Positions 1 through 11,835 of a DNA stretch of 64,000 bases are shown piece by piece. Position 1 is the first letter of the stretch, and each line of letters begins with the position of its first letter. The stretch comes from an uncultured delta proteobacterium (GTDB lineage Bacteria > Myxococcota_A > Polyangia > Polyangiales > Polyangiaceae), in assembly GCA_963782055.1 (NCBI GenBank), contig CAWAIF010000003.1:4960001-5024000 (forward strand). The letters run 5' to 3'. The notes under the pieces were generated by a model. It had not been told where the DNA came from and made no database searches. It was given only the letters and a program-made list of their open reading frames with translations. Made by a program: the position numbers and the translations under genes.

Positions 1-967
1 AGAGGTAGTCGCCGTTGAGGTTGAGCGTGGCGATGACCTCGAACTCCTTCGGCCGGGTGAGCACCTGCTGGAGGGTGATGTCGGCGATGGCGTCCTTCAC
101 CAGCAGCTTGCCGCCGTCCAGCGCCGCCTTCTGCTCCGCGTTCGCCGCGGGCTCGCCCTTGTCCGCCTTGGTCTTCTCCCACTGCTGCCAGGTGTAGACC
201 TTGCTGGCGAACTCGCGCTCGGCGAGGGCGTAGCCCCACTTCATGAAGGCACCCTCGGTGAACTTCATGATGTTGCCCTTGTGGACGAAGGTGACGCTCT
301 TGCGGCCGTTCTTCAGGGCGTACTCGATCGCCGCGCGGACCAGGCGCTCGGTGCCCTCGCGGCTCACCGGCTTGATCCCGATGCCGGCGGTGCCGGGGAA
401 GCGGATCTTCTTGAAGTCCTTCGGGAACTCCTTCTCGATGAAGGCTATGATCTTCTTCGCCTGCTCGCTCTCCGCCTCGAACTCGATGCCGGCGTAGATG
501 TCCTCGGTGTTCTCGCGGAAGATCACCATGTCCACCCACTCGGGGTGCTTGACCGGGCTGGGCACGCCCTTGAACCAGCGCACCGGGCGCAGGCACACGT
601 AGAGGTCGAGCATCTGCCGCAGGGCCACGTTGAGGGAGCGGATGCCGCCGCCGATCGGCGTGGTGAGCGGTCCCTTGATGCCGACGAGGTACTTGCGGAA
701 GGCCGCGATGGTCTCGTCGGGGAGCCAGTTGTTGAAGGCCTTGAAGGCCTTCTCGCCGGCGAACACCTCGTACCAGGCGATCTTCTTCTTGCCGCCGTAG
801 GTCTTCTCCACGGCCGCGTCGAGCACGCGCACGCTGGCGCGCCAGATGTCGCGGCCGGTGCCGTCGCCCTCGATGAAGGGGAGGATGGGGTTGTCGGGGA
901 CGCTGAGCTTGCCGTCGGCGCCCATGGTGATGGGCTGACCGGAGGTGGGGGGGGCGAAATCGGCCAT
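1..967 (-). CDS. icd: NADP-dependent isocitrate dehydrogenase (3' end runs off the window)
   Basis: Translated by hand from ATG at 967: [42 protein letters not shown]...[37 protein letters not shown]...[17 protein letters not shown], typical E. coli-type IDH motifs. Absent from the ORF track because there is no stop in the window. Confidence 0.96.
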   Translation of the reverse strand, partial: MADFAPPTSGQPITMGADGKLSVPDNPILPFIEGDGTGRDIWRASVRVLDAAVEKTYGGKKKIAWYEVFAGEKAFKAFNNWLPDETIAAFRKYLVGIKGPLTTPIGGGIRSLNVALRQMLDLYVCLRPVRWFKGVPSPVKHPEWVDMVIFRENTEDIYAGIEFEAESEQAKKIIAFIEKEFPKDFKKIRFPGTAGIGIKPVSREGTERLVRAAIEYALKNGRKSVTFVHKGNIMKFTEGAFMKWGYALAEREFASKVYTWQQWEKTKADKGEPAANAEQKAALDGGKLLVKDAIADITLQQVLTRPKEFEVIATLNLNGDYL

Positions 968-1158
968 GGGACTCTCCGCGTAGGGGCGGCGGCGCAACAC
1001 GCAAGTCGCCGGGTGCTTGCACTTAGCAAGGACCGGCAGGCGCGTCCACGGCATTGCCGAGCCGGCGGCTCGCGTCGCCGAGACGCTCAGCCGGCTTGGG
1101 GCCTCGGCCATGGGCTTTCGGGCGTGCGCCCGCGCGGCACGCTTGGTAGGAACGGGCG

Positions 1159-4100
1159 ATGCCTCGCGCCCTCTCGCTCCTCGGCCTGAGCTCTCTCCTT
1201 CTGGTCGCGCTCGCGCCGTCCCTCTCGGCCGCGACGCCCCACAAGGCGGGCAAGGCGGCCAGGGCGCTCGCCGCCGCCCCCACGGCGGGCAGCGCCGACG
1301 CCCGCTACACCGACGTCACCCCCGACGCGATGATCGACGCGGCCCGCGCGCGCGCCATCGCCGGCAAGACGGACCACGCGGCGGTGGGCGCCATCGCCAC
1401 CATCCTGACCCTCGCCGACCGCGCGGAGGAGGGCGTGGCGGACAGGGCGCTCGCCGCCATCGCCGCCGACGAGGCGCTCGCCGCCGACGTGCGCGACGAG
1501 GCGCGCCTCGCCGTGCGCGCGCTCGCCGCCGACGAGGGCGAGCCCGCGGGCGTCCACGCCGACGAGGCCCTCGGCGTGGTGACGCACCTGGCGCTCGCCG
1601 GGCCCTTCCGCGACACCGGCGGCGGCGTCACCCGCAAGGAAGGTCCGGAGGCGCCCGGCGGCGTCGCGATGGACCCGAAGGCGGACTACTCGTGGGGCAC
1701 GGTGCTGGTGCGCTGGCGCGCGCTGCCCCCGCCCTTCGCTCAGGCCGCCGGTGTCCCGGAGGACGTCTTCGTCTCGCCGCGGCGGGAGAGCTGCTCGTAC
1801 GTGGCCACGCGTTTGGTGCTGGAGCACGCAGAGCCCATCGTCGTGCGCCTCGCGTCCACCGGGCAGGCCCGCCTGACCTTCGACGGCGCCGACGTCGGGT
1901 CGAGCCAGGACGTGCACCAGAGCGCGCTCTTCGATCGCATCGCCGGGCGCGTCGACGCCGCGGCGGGCGAGCATGTGCTGGAGGCCAAGGTGTGCACCTC
2001 CGCGCTCAGCGACGACGGTCGCTTCCGCCTGCGCGTGACCGACCCGAAGGGCCACGCGACGGACGCGCGCATGGAGGTCGGCCCGCCGAAGGGGCACATC
2101 GCGATCGGCAAGCAGAAGATCACCCGGCTGCCCACGCCGCTCGAGCGCACGCTGGAGACGAAGCGCGGCGCGGACATGGACACGCTGCTCGACGCGATCC
2201 TGGCGCGCACGCTGGCCGGCGCCGACGACGCCAAGAGCCCGCGGGCGCCCGGACTCCTCGACGCCTTCACCCACGCGTCTGGCCTGGACCCCGACCGCCT
2301 CGCGATGGCGGGCTGGGTGGCGCCGAGCGGGTCCAACCGCAGCGGGTGGCTCAACCTCGCCCGCGAGCAGGCGGCCAAGGCGCACGACGGGCGTGCGGAG
2401 GCGTTCGCCTCACGGCGGCTCATCGCGCAGCGCCTCAACGCGCGGATGCCCGACTGGGCGCGGGCGACGGCCAACGGCTCCATCGCCGGGGCGAAGGACG
2501 ACGAGGCCGCGCTGCTGGACGCCATGGTGAACGAGGCGCTCGGCACCGACGCGCTGCGCCTGCGGGCCTACCAGCGCCTCTCGGCGGTGGCCCTCGCGCG
2601 GGGCAAGGCGGCGCCGACGTCGCTGCTGGAGGAGCTCGCCTCCCTCGCCTCCTCCTACGATCCCGGCCTGGAGAAGAAGGTGCGGGTGCTGCTGCGCGAC
2701 CGCGGCGAGCGCGGCGCCGGATACGTGAGCAGCGTCGCGCGCTCCGGCTCGGCCGACGCGCTCAAGACCGCCGCGGTGGGCGCGCTGCAGACCGGCGCCG
2801 TCGACGACGCCGACGACGCGATCGGGATCGCGCACGTGCTGGGCAACGCCGGCATCCACGACGAGGCGCTGGTGCTCTTCTCGTCGATCGCCGCGTGGGC
2901 GCCCAACCGGGCGGGCTCCTGGTCGGGGATGTCGGAGGAGGCGCGAGGCGCGAGGCCTCAGGTGGCGGAGGCCGCGGCGCACCTCATCGGCGCGCACACC
3001 GCCGCGCAGCTCGTCGAGGGGAGCCTGCGCCGCGCGCGCGAGCTGGAGCCGAGCGAGGCGAAGTACCGCGCGCTGCTCGCCCTGCGCGCCAAGGATCACA
3101 ACGAGTCGCCGGAGGCGCACGAGGACGAGAAGTACCTGGTGCCCGCGTCGGTCATCCTGGCGCGCCGGCAGGGCGTCCCCAAGCACCCCGACGTGGCCGA
3201 CCGCGAGCTGCACTGGGTGCGCGCGGTGGTGATGCACAAGGACCGCCGCGTCTCGCAGCTCATCCAGTACGCCCGGGAGATCGTCATCCCGCCGCGCAGC
3301 CAGGAGGAGCTCTACGAGGACATCCCCGCGGAGGGCGACCTCACCGAGATCCTGCACGCGCGCGTGTACCGCAAGGACGGCGGCACCGCCTTCCCGCTCG
3401 AGGAAGTGAGCGAGGGCGCGCGGCCGCGCATCCGCTGGCCGGAGCTCGAGCCGGGGGACACGGTGGAGGTGGCCATCCGCACCTGGACCGATCACGCCGT
3501 GGGCGGCCGTGGCGATCCGCCGTACTACTTCCTGGACTACGCCGGCTCCACCTCGTCGCACCCCATCGTCTACAACGAGGTGGACGTGGAGGCGCCGACG
3601 CGGACGCCCATCTACGTCGACGTCGTGCACGCCGCGCCGGGCAGCTTCCGGCGCACCGAGAAGGACGAGAACGGGCGCCACGTCACGCGCCTGATCTGGA
3701 CCAAACCGCCGTCGGTCCCGGAGGAGCCCATGGCCCCGGCCCTGAGCGAGATCATCCCGGTGATCGCCGGCTCCACCTTCAAGAACTGGAAGGACTTCCG
3801 CGCCTGGTACGAGGAGGCGGTGCAGGGCTTCACCGTGCCCGACGAGCAGGTCAAGCGCCTCGCCGCCGAGCTGACGAAGGGCAAGACGACCCGCGAGGCG
3901 AAGCTCAAGGCCCTCTTCGACTTCGTCGCCGACGACATCCGCTACGTCAACTACGTGAGCGGCGAGTTCTGGCTGCCCAACCGCCCGCAGCAGCTCCTCG
4001 CGCGGCGCGAGGGCGACTGCGACGACAAGGCCATCCTGCTCATCACGCTGCTGCGCGCGGTCGGCATCCAGGCGCAGGAGGTCATGGTGCAGACGCGCCT

Positions 4101-4986
4101 GACCGGCCAGCCGACGGTGGTCCTCGCCAAGAACGTGGCGGTCCCCCTCTTCGATCACGGCATCGCCTTCCTGCCGGGGCCGGGCGGCGGCACCTACCTC
4201 GACGCGACGAGCCCCCAGTCCCGGCTCGGCCCGCTGCCCTCGATGGACGCGCGCGCGGTCGCCCTGCGCCTGGACAACGGCCCGGCGGAGATCGTCCACC
4301 TGCCGGCCAGCTCGCCCGACGATCACGGCTCGGAGGTCGTCTGGAAGGTCACGCTGAAGAAGGACGGCTCCGGCGACCTCGCCGGCGAGGAGCACCACAC
4401 CGGCGACGGCGCCTTCTTCCTGCGCAGCTTCCTCAAGGAGCCCGACGGCCGCGCGCAGTACGTCGAGGACAACCTGATCGGCGGGTGGTTCCCCACCGTG
4501 CACGTCGACAAGGACGTGCAGTTCGACGGCGAGCTGCCGCACGGCGCGGCTGTGGTGAAGTACAAGGCCCACTCCGACGGCCTGGCGCGCAAGGAGCACG
4601 GCGACCTCGTGGTCCCCCTCTCGCCGAGCTGGACGCTCACCTCCTCGCTCGCCCCGCTGGTGAAGCGCACCCTGCCGGTCTCGCTGCCCCCCAACCTGGC
4701 GCCGAGCCACCAGGCGCGCACCATGCGGGTGACCGCGCCGGCGGGCTACGTGTGGGGCGATCTCCCGCCCGGCGGCACCGTCGACGGCGGCGAGTTCGGC
4801 CGGGCCACGCTGGAGGTGACGCGCGACCCGCACAACCCGCGCGTGGCGATCGTCAAGCGGTCGGTGATCTTCGACCTGCACCTCGTCCCCGTGGACAAGT
4901 ACCTGGCGTGGCGCGCCTTCCTGCAGCACATCGACGGCCTGATGCACCGGACCCTGCGTGCGGTGCTGGCGGGAGGTGCGAAGTGA
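1159..4986 (+). CDS. Exported TPR + DUF3857/transglutaminase-like domain protein
   Basis: Signal peptide, helical TPR-like middle, LEPGDTVEV (DUF3857-like), and a core with IRYV...[21 protein letters not shown]...FDHGIAF...YLDAT (Cys-His-Asp). Confidence 0.85.
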   Translation: MPRALSLLGLSSLLLVALAPSLSAATPHKAGKAARALAAAPTAGSADARYTDVTPDAMIDAARARAIAGKTDHAAVGAIATILTLADRAEEGVADRALAAIAADEALAADVRDEARLAVRALAADEGEPAGVHADEALGVVTHLALAGPFRDTGGGVTRKEGPEAPGGVAMDPKADYSWGTVLVRWRALPPPFAQAAGVPEDVFVSPRRESCSYVATRLVLEHAEPIVVRLASTGQARLTFDGADVGSSQDVHQSALFDRIAGRVDAAAGEHVLEAKVCTSALSDDGRFRLRVTDPKGHATDARMEVGPPKGHIAIGKQKITRLPTPLERTLETKRGADMDTLLDAILARTLAGADDAKSPRAPGLLDAFTHASGLDPDRLAMAGWVAPSGSNRSGWLNLAREQAAKAHDGRAEAFASRRLIAQRLNARMPDWARATANGSIAGAKDDEAALLDAMVNEALGTDALRLRAYQRLSAVALARGKAAPTSLLEELASLASSYDPGLEKKVRVLLRDRGERGAGYVSSVARSGSADALKTAAVGALQTGAVDDADDAIGIAHVLGNAGIHDEALVLFSSIAAWAPNRAGSWSGMSEEARGARPQVAEAAAHLIGAHTAAQLVEGSLRRARELEPSEAKYRALLALRAKDHNESPEAHEDEKYLVPASVILARRQGVPKHPDVADRELHWVRAVVMHKDRRVSQLIQYAREIVIPPRSQEELYEDIPAEGDLTEILHARVYRKDGGTAFPLEEVSEGARPRIRWPELEPGDTVEVAIRTWTDHAVGGRGDPPYYFLDYAGSTSSHPIVYNEVDVEAPTRTPIYVDVVHAAPGSFRRTEKDENGRHVTRLIWTKPPSVPEEPMAPALSEIIPVIAGSTFKNWKDFRAWYEEAVQGFTVPDEQVKRLAAELTKGKTTREAKLKALFDFVADDIRYVNYVSGEFWLPNRPQQLLARREGDCDDKAILLITLLRAVGIQAQEVMVQTRLTGQPTVVLAKNVAVPLFDHGIAFLPGPGGGTYLDATSPQSRLGPLPSMDARAVALRLDNGPAEIVHLPASSPDDHGSEVVWKVTLKKDGSGDLAGEEHHTGDGAFFLRSFLKEPDGRAQYVEDNLIGGWFPTVHVDKDVQFDGELPHGAAVVKYKAHSDGLARKEHGDLVVPLSPSWTLTSSLAPLVKRTLPVSLPPNLAPSHQARTMRVTAPAGYVWGDLPPGGTVDGGEFGRATLEVTRDPHNPRVAIVKRSVIFDLHLVPVDKYLAWRAFLQHIDGLMHRTLRAVLAGGAK

Positions 4987-7900
4987 GCCCCCGCGTGACA
5001 CGCGCGCTCGCGCTGCTGGGCATCTCGGCGGCGGTGGCTTGCGGCGGTCCGGGCGCGAAGGCGCCGCACGGGTCGGCCGCCGGCCTCGCCTCCAGCTTCG
5101 GCGTCGCGCTGCGCACCGAGGCGCTGGGCGATCAGGTCCAGGCCGAGGCGCAGTACGCCCGCACGGTGGACGCGGCCGCCGCGGCGGGCGGGGACCCGCG
5201 CGCGCTGCTGGCCGTGCTCGCCTCGCTCGACGCCCTGGCCGAGCGGGACGTCACCGCCCTCTCCGACGCGACGGTCGGCGGCGCGCTGTTCGACCGGACC
5301 GCCCCCACCCCGCGCGGCGCCGCCGAGGCGCACCTGGCGACGAGCGCCGGCATGGCCGACGACCCCTTCACCAAGGGGCTGCTCGCACGCACCCTCGCCG
5401 GCCTCGCCGCGCGCCGCGGCGACGCGCAGGCCGCGGAGCGCTGGCGGCAGGCGAGCGGGTGCGCGCGCGAGGCGACCGTCATCGGCCCCGTCGACTGGGC
5501 GGTCATCACCGGCGTCGCCGACGCCGACCCGCTGGCGCGCTTCGACGCGCCGATCGCGGCGTCGTACGCGTCACCCGGTCCCTTCGCGCGGCCGCTGCCA
5601 CCCGTCGTGGTGCGCGGGCGCGGCTGCGCCATCCCGATGGCCGCGGCCAGCCCGCTGAACGGGGTGCGCGACGTCGTCGTGGACGTCACCGTGCCGAAGG
5701 AGCAGGACATCGGCGTCGCGCTGCGCACCGACAGCGCCGCCACCTTGCGGGTGGGCGGCGCGGTGGCGGTGCGCCGCGGCTACGACCTCGGCGGCGACGA
5801 CGTGGTGCGCTTCGCGCGCGTGCACGTCGGCGCCGGCCGCGTGCGGCTCGTCGCGCGCATCGGCGCGACCGGCAGCTCCGACCTGCAGATGGCCGCCTGG
5901 GACGAGCACGGCGACGCGCTCGCCATGCACGCGCCCGGCCCCGGCGAGCGGGCGAACGCGCGGGCGACGCGCGTCGCGCCGGTGACGTTCCCCGCCCCCG
6001 TCAGCGACGACGACCGCGTCCTGTACGCGGCGGGCATGCTCGCCTCGGGCGACGGCCACGCGGCCGAGCGCGCGCTCCACGCGGCCGCCGCCCGACCCGA
6101 CGCCTCGCCCGCGCTGCTCCTCGTCTACGGCCGCGCCCTGGAGACGGCCCAGGACGTGAGCCTGGTGCACCGCATCGAGCGCGAGCGAACGGTCTACGAC
6201 CGCCTGCTCGAGAAGTGGCCTGGCGCCTGGGAGGCCATCCTCATGCACGCGCGGCTCGCCGCCGACCGCAAGGGGATGAGCGAGGCGCGCGTGGAGGCGC
6301 TCAAGGACCTGGAGACGCACCGCGCGAAGGCGCCGGCGACCGCCCGCCCCCTGCTCGCCGCCTTCGAGGCCGCGATCGCCGGGCGCGAGGGCCTGCACGG
6401 GCGCGCGCACAGAGCCTTCGAGGAAGCCAGGAAGACGCTCGACGGCACCTCCCTCCTCCACGACGTCAGCCGCATCGCCTTCGGCCGGACGGCCGCGGAG
6501 TCGCTGTCGTTCGAGTGCGCCGCCACGCCGGGCAACGACCGCTCGGGGCTCGGCTGCTACGCCGCGCTCCGCGGCATGGGCCGGCACGCCGAGGCGGCGC
6601 GCGAGCTCGACCGGCTCCGCCAGGTGCTCGGGCAGCCCCGCGGCTTCATGGCCATCACCCTGCGCGACGCGCTCGGCCTGGGGGACCTGCAGGCCGCGCG
6701 GCGCGCCTACGACGCCCTGCTTCCGGGGGAGCACTCCCTCGGGACGCTGGCCGCCCTGCGCGCCGCCCCGGACGCCGGCCCGCCGGCCATCACCCCCGCG
6801 CAGGTGCTGGCGCTCGCGCCGGTCTCGCGCGACGCCCCCGGCGCCATCCCCTCCCTGATGCGCGCGCTGGGCCGCGATCCCGCGGCGCAGTTCGACGGCG
6901 TGGCGGAGAAGCTCGCCGCTGAAGACCGCGTCAAGCGGAAGCTCGCCGACGCGGCGACGGCGCTCCTGCAGCACACCGAGAAGTACGAGATCTACCCCGG
7001 GGGCGTCGTGCACTACGTCATGTTCGACGTGCGGCGCGTGAGCGGCACGACGGACGTCGAGCAGAACGCCGCGGCGCTGCCGCCGGCGCTGACAGGCCGG
7101 AGCACCGCCCGCATCCTGCGCCGCCGCATCTACAAGAAGGACGGCCGCGTGCTCGAGCCCGATCGCACGCCCAACGCGGCCCAGAGCCACGCCGACCTCG
7201 CCCAGCTCGAGGAGGGGGACGTGGTGGAGGTGATCTACGAGGGCTGGGCGGTACCTGGCGAGACGGGCGACGTCGGCATCGACACCCCCGACCTGCTCCC
7301 CGAGCGCACGGCCATCGCGCAGGCCGACATCGAGATCCGCATGCCCCGCTCCCTGCACGGGTCGATGTGGGTCCACCCGTTGCTCGGCAAGGCCGCCGAG
7401 ACGACCGAGGGCGACCAGCGCGTGCTGCGCTGGCACATGGCCGACCACCCGACGCGCCGCCTCGAGTACGGCGTGCCCAAGATGGACCGCGACGTGAGCG
7501 TCAGCTTCTCCACGAGCACGTGGAAGACGGTGGCGCGCTCGCTGCGCGAGACGATCGCCGGCCTGGACGACGACGACGCCGAGGTCGCCGCGTGGGCGGC
7601 CGCGGCCGCCGCCGGCAAGGCGCCGCGCTCGCGCGAGCTCGTCTCCGCGGTGGTGGCGCGGGCCGGCGAGACGGTGCGAGAGGCGGAGGGCGGCGTGCTC
7701 TCCGACATCGGCATCGGCCGCTCGCAGGGTCCGCAGACGACGACCGCGCGATCCATCCTGGTGGACCGCGAGGGTTCGCGCACCTGGCTGATCGTCAAGG
7801 CCCTGCGCGACCTGGGCGTGCCCGTCGACGTCGTCGTCGCCGAGAACGATCCGTACAGCGCCGACCCCAACTTCCCCGCGCACTACGGGCGCTTCCAGCA

Positions 7901-8762
7901 CCCGCTGGCGGTGGCGCACGTGCCGTCGGCCGCCGACCCGAAGAAGACCGAGGACGTGTGGATCGACGCCGACGTCTCCGGGCCTCCCCTGCCCGCCGGC
8001 CGCATCTCGCCGGAGCTGCGCGGCCGCATCGCCCTCTACCCGGACGGCGGCATGCGTCCGGTCCCCGATCTGGGCGGCGCCAAGGAGCGCGACGAGGTGG
8101 ACGTGCGCCTCGCCATCGACGCCGAGGGCAACGCCCGCGGCGATCTCACCGTGCTGCTCCGTGGCCGCGCGGCGCAGCAGATCTCGGAGGCGCTCTTCCG
8201 CCTGGTGGGCTTCCAGCGCGAGCGTGCGCTGCGCGGCATCGCCCTGGGCTGGGTGCCCTTCGCCAACGTGGAGGACGTGCAGCTCTCCTCGAGCGAGGGG
8301 AGCTGGCAGGTCGCCCTGCGCGCGCACATCACGGTGCAGGACTACGCGCAGCCGGAGGGGCAGAAGACGCGCACGTGGCTGCTGCCGGGCATCGACCCGG
8401 TGCACTACGTCTTCCCGCGGCCGCAGGTGGCGACGCTGGGCGCCACCTACGCGAGCGAGGGCGCGCGGGAGAACGCGCTCTCGGTGAGCCGCGCGGTGCA
8501 GTACCACGTGCACCGCCGCATCGAGCTGCCCAAGGGCGCGCAGGTCGTCCGCGCGCCCGGCCCGCTGGACGTGCGCTCGCCCAACCTGGTCGCCTCGCGC
8601 GCCATCACCGTGGACGGCTCGGCGATCGACGACGAGTTCATCCTCGCCGTCAACACCGGCACCGTCGCGGCGAACCGGTACGCCGGCTTCGTGAGCGACG
8701 CGCACCGCATCGACGACGGCTTCCTCGCGAGCACCAGCGTGAAGCCGCCCGCGAAGCCCTGA
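4983..8762 (+). CDS. Lipoprotein, DUF3857/transglutaminase-like paralogue lacking the catalytic Cys
   Basis: GTG overlaps the upstream stop (GTGA) after GGAGG; lipobox AVAC; LEEGDVVEV; REGSRTWLIVKALRDLGVPV...FQHPL...WIDAD. The track's extension back to 1017 is a shadow frame. Confidence 0.8.
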   Translation: MSPRVTRALALLGISAAVACGGPGAKAPHGSAAGLASSFGVALRTEALGDQVQAEAQYARTVDAAAAAGGDPRALLAVLASLDALAERDVTALSDATVGGALFDRTAPTPRGAAEAHLATSAGMADDPFTKGLLARTLAGLAARRGDAQAAERWRQASGCAREATVIGPVDWAVITGVADADPLARFDAPIAASYASPGPFARPLPPVVVRGRGCAIPMAAASPLNGVRDVVVDVTVPKEQDIGVALRTDSAATLRVGGAVAVRRGYDLGGDDVVRFARVHVGAGRVRLVARIGATGSSDLQMAAWDEHGDALAMHAPGPGERANARATRVAPVTFPAPVSDDDRVLYAAGMLASGDGHAAERALHAAAARPDASPALLLVYGRALETAQDVSLVHRIERERTVYDRLLEKWPGAWEAILMHARLAADRKGMSEARVEALKDLETHRAKAPATARPLLAAFEAAIAGREGLHGRAHRAFEEARKTLDGTSLLHDVSRIAFGRTAAESLSFECAATPGNDRSGLGCYAALRGMGRHAEAARELDRLRQVLGQPRGFMAITLRDALGLGDLQAARRAYDALLPGEHSLGTLAALRAAPDAGPPAITPAQVLALAPVSRDAPGAIPSLMRALGRDPAAQFDGVAEKLAAEDRVKRKLADAATALLQHTEKYEIYPGGVVHYVMFDVRRVSGTTDVEQNAAALPPALTGRSTARILRRRIYKKDGRVLEPDRTPNAAQSHADLAQLEEGDVVEVIYEGWAVPGETGDVGIDTPDLLPERTAIAQADIEIRMPRSLHGSMWVHPLLGKAAETTEGDQRVLRWHMADHPTRRLEYGVPKMDRDVSVSFSTSTWKTVARSLRETIAGLDDDDAEVAAWAAAAAAGKAPRSRELVSAVVARAGETVREAEGGVLSDIGIGRSQGPQTTTARSILVDREGSRTWLIVKALRDLGVPVDVVVAENDPYSADPNFPAHYGRFQHPLAVAHVPSAADPKKTEDVWIDADVSGPPLPAGRISPELRGRIALYPDGGMRPVPDLGGAKERDEVDVRLAIDAEGNARGDLTVLLRGRAAQQISEALFRLVGFQRERALRGIALGWVPFANVEDVQLSSSEGSWQVALRAHITVQDYAQPEGQKTRTWLLPGIDPVHYVFPRPQVATLGATYASEGARENALSVSRAVQYHVHRRIELPKGAQVVRAPGPLDVRSPNLVASRAITVDGSAIDDEFILAVNTGTVAANRYAGFVSDAHRIDDGFLASTSVKPPAKP

Positions 8763-8768
8763 GCCGGC

Positions 8769-9791
8769 CTACGCCCCTCGCGGGCCGAACACGCGGCGCT
8801 CGCGCGCGATCGCGAGCCCCTCGACCGCCAGCCGCACGAGCAGCGGTCCGAGGACGAGACCCCAGCCTCCGAAGAGACGCAGCCCGCCGACCACGGAGAG
8901 GAAGACGACCACGATCGGCAGGCGCAGCTTGCCGGCCCGCGCGAGCCACGGACGAACGACGCCGTCCACGGTGCCGATCACGCCGAGCCCGAGCCCGGCG
9001 AGGATGACCGCGCGCCCCGGGTGCCCGGTCACCGCGAACCCGACGGCGATGGGCGCCCACACCAGCGCCGTCCCCACGGCCGGCACGAAGGAGAAGGCGC
9101 CGGTGAGGAAGCCCAGCGTCAATGGGTTGCGCACGCCGAGGCTCGCGTACACGACCGCGGCGACCGAGCCCTGCACCGCCGCCGTCCCTACCCCGCCCAC
9201 CAGCAGGCCGCGCCCCGTCTCGCGGAACGCGCCGACGAGACGGTGCAGCGCGCGCAGGTCCAGCGGGATGCGACGCGCCAGCCACGCGTACAGGTGGCGT
9301 CCGTGGACGCTGAAGGCGTAGAGCCCGACCACGAAGACCGCCGCCCCGACCACCGCCGACACCGAGGCGCTCGCGATCCCCCCCGCGAGGCGCCACGCCG
9401 TCGTCCCGTGCTCGCGGAGCAGGTCGTTCAGGTCGCTCAGGTCGAACGAGAGCGGACCGCCGGGCGGGGCGATGCCGAGCGTCGCGGCGACCGGACCGCC
9501 CGCCGCCGCCGAGTGCAACGTCGCGACGACCAGCTCGCGCGCGCGGACGACGACGGCGACCGTCGCCGCGACGAGCGGCGTGGCGATGGCGAGGACGAGC
9601 GCGACGGTGATCGCGCCCGCGGCGGCACGCCGGCCGCGCAGCACGCGCTCGAGGAGCTTCACGAGGGGACGAACCAGGTCCGCCGTCCACGCCGCGAGGA
9701 CGAGCGGCGCCCAGAGCGGCAGGAAGACCGCGAGCGCGGCGGCGCTCAGCACGAGCACGACCAGACGGAGTGGGGTGTTGGATCGGGTCAC
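8769..9791 (-). CDS. AI-2E family transporter
   Basis: Multi-TM protein with FSFVPAVGTALVWAP, IGTVDGVVRPWL and FGGWGLVLGPLL. Confidence 0.88.
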   Translation of the reverse strand: MTRSNTPLRLVVLVLSAAALAVFLPLWAPLVLAAWTADLVRPLVKLLERVLRGRRAAAGAITVALVLAIATPLVAATVAVVVRARELVVATLHSAAAGGPVAATLGIAPPGGPLSFDLSDLNDLLREHGTTAWRLAGGIASASVSAVVGAAVFVVGLYAFSVHGRHLYAWLARRIPLDLRALHRLVGAFRETGRGLLVGGVGTAAVQGSVAAVVYASLGVRNPLTLGFLTGAFSFVPAVGTALVWAPIAVGFAVTGHPGRAVILAGLGLGVIGTVDGVVRPWLARAGKLRLPIVVVFLSVVGGLRLFGGWGLVLGPLLVRLAVEGLAIARERRVFGPRGA

Positions 9792-10004
9792 CTGTTCCGC
9801 TCCTGGGTGTCACGCGGCTTGCGTGCGGGCATCGTGCCAGCCCTTCTCGCGCGTACGGCGCCGGTGTGGACCGCGCGAGGCGTGCACCGCGCGCCGCAGG
9901 TCGTGCGCGGGGGTCGTGGCGCGGGGCCCGGACCGGGCGCTGCTCTCGCTCGGCTTCCGCCATCGCTTCGGGTATCCTCGCCCCCCTCTCGAAAGGAGCC
10001 CCCC

Positions 10005-10466
10005 GTGAACCTCGCCGAGCTGGAGAAGCACGCCGCGGACATCCGCAAAGAGCTCAACGTCCCCAAGCAAAACGAAGTCTTCGAGGTCGCGACCGAGGCG
10101 GGCTACCTCGCCGCGGCGAGCGACGGCAAGGTGGACGACGCCGAGCGCGCCACCATGATCAAGGCCATCGAGGTGCTCTCGGTCGGCGCGATCATCGAGT
10201 GGGAGGTCGAGACGCTCCTCGACGCGTGCGCCGAGCACGCCGAGAAGGAGGGCGTCAAGGCGCGCGCCGCGCACGTGGGCCAGAAGCTCAAGGCGCTGGG
10301 CCAGCCGGAGGCCGCCCTGCTCTTCGCCGCCTTCGTGGCCCAGGGCAGCGGCGGCATCGACAAGAAGGAGTCGGAGATCCTGCACGCCATCGGGAAGGCG
10401 GCGGGGCTGGCCAAGAACAAGGTGACGGGCATCCTCAAGCGCGTGGGCGCCGCCGCCACGGAGTGA
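10005..10466 (+). CDS. TerB-family (tellurite resistance-like) protein
   Basis: GTG after AAGGAG; AAASDGKVDDAER and VAQGSGGIDKKESEILHAIGKAAGL. Confidence 0.75.
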   Translation: MNLAELEKHAADIRKELNVPKQNEVFEVATEAGYLAAASDGKVDDAERATMIKAIEVLSVGAIIEWEVETLLDACAEHAEKEGVKARAAHVGQKLKALGQPEAALLFAAFVAQGSGGIDKKESEILHAIGKAAGLAKNKVTGILKRVGAAATE

Positions 10467-10528
10467 CGCGTTCGCCCGCGTGGCGGACGTGTTGCGATGC
10501 GCGGGCCCGATCGGCGTACCATGGACCG

Positions 10529-11737
10529 GTGATTGAAGGGGACGACCCGGGTCCGGGGAATCACCAGACGTGCGGGGCGGAGTTCATCCCCGGGTATTTC
10601 TTTCCCGCGTGGATCGGCGGCGGAGCCCTGCTCGGCCTGGCGCTGATCCTCATGGCGCGTCTGGCGCCGGCGCACGCCCCGCAGGTCCTGCTCGCCGCGG
10701 GCGTCTTCGCGATCCTGAGTCCCCTCCTCGTCATGCGTAGCGATCCGAAGGCGAGCATCCTCGTCGACCGAGCCGGCGTCTGGATGAACGGGAAGCTGCG
10801 GGTGGCGCGTCCGCTCGCGGCGCACCGCGTCGACTCCGCGGGGAAGGTCTCGGTCCGGGTGGACGGGGTCGGGGGGAGGATCACGCTACGCGGCGTCGGC
10901 GAGAAGAGCGCCGCCTCCCTCCTCCACGCGGCGAACGGCGCCGCGGTGACCGTCCTGCGCTCCGTGCCTCACCACCACGGCGCGTTCAAGATGGCGGGGG
11001 TCGTCGCGCTGGTGTCGCTGGCGGGTGCCGCGATGCTGAGCGTGAAGCACCTGTCCATCTTCCTGATCCTGCCCGTGGCGCTCGGCGTCGCCGCGGCGCT
11101 CGGGGCGCGCCGCCTGCACCGCAACCGGACCGTGCTTCGGATCGGCGACGATGGCGTGGTCGTCACCACCGAGGACGAGCGGCGCTTCCTCCCCATCGCC
11201 GACATCGTGAAGTGCGATCTGGAGATGGACTACGCCACGGCCGAGGGGCTGCGGATCCTGATGCGCGACGGGAGGGTCGAGGAGGTGGTGTTCCCGTCCA
11301 TCCCCGCCGGCAAGTATTCGCGACCCGAGCAGCCGGCGCGCGGCGCCAAAGACGCGATCGAGCGCAGGCTGAAGGAGTTCCGGCGTGCTCCACGCGCGCG
11401 CCACGGGTCGATCGCGGCGATGCTGCCGGAGCGCGGGGAGTCCACGCTCGAGTGGGTGCGCGCGCTGCGCGCGCTGAGAGATCGCAGGCCGGACTACCGT
11501 GAGGGCGCCGCGCCCGACGTCTCCGAGGTGCTCGAGCTCGTCGACGACCCCACCGCCGACCCGATGCTCCGCGTCGCCGCGGCGCTGGAGGCGGAGGCGT
11601 CGCCCCAGGTGCGCGTCCGCATCCGGGAAGCCGCGGGTCGGTCGGCACAAGGGCTGAGCGAGGTGCTCCGTCTCGCGGCGGAGGAAGGCTCGTCGGAGGA
11701 GGAGCTGGCCGCGGCGATCGAGGCGATGCAGGAGTGA
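10529..11737 (+). CDS. Hypothetical membrane protein
   Basis: Two pairs of TM helices, each followed by a beta-rich segment, and a helical C-terminus (DYR...DPTADPMLRVAAA). Start uncertain. Confidence 0.6.
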   Translation: MIEGDDPGPGNHQTCGAEFIPGYFFPAWIGGGALLGLALILMARLAPAHAPQVLLAAGVFAILSPLLVMRSDPKASILVDRAGVWMNGKLRVARPLAAHRVDSAGKVSVRVDGVGGRITLRGVGEKSAASLLHAANGAAVTVLRSVPHHHGAFKMAGVVALVSLAGAAMLSVKHLSIFLILPVALGVAAALGARRLHRNRTVLRIGDDGVVVTTEDERRFLPIADIVKCDLEMDYATAEGLRILMRDGRVEEVVFPSIPAGKYSRPEQPARGAKDAIERRLKEFRRAPRARHGSIAAMLPERGESTLEWVRALRALRDRRPDYREGAAPDVSEVLELVDDPTADPMLRVAAALEAEASPQVRVRIREAAGRSAQGLSEVLRLAAEEGSSEEELAAAIEAMQE

Positions 11738-11835
11738 ACGGCAGGCTCACCGGCCGGCTTGCAGGCGCGGCTGGCGCCGACTACCTTCCGGATCCCTTTT
11801 TCGGCCCACCCCGGGCCACGCAGACGAGAGGCATC

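Noticed and set aside
947..954. G8 tract at the icd 5' end as a frameshift site
   Set aside because: The frame is intact (APPT).
1017..4982. N-terminal half of the 2581-aa ORF
   Set aside because: Arg/Gly/Ala-rich shadow frame of the 1159-4986 gene; the real protein starts at GTG 4983.
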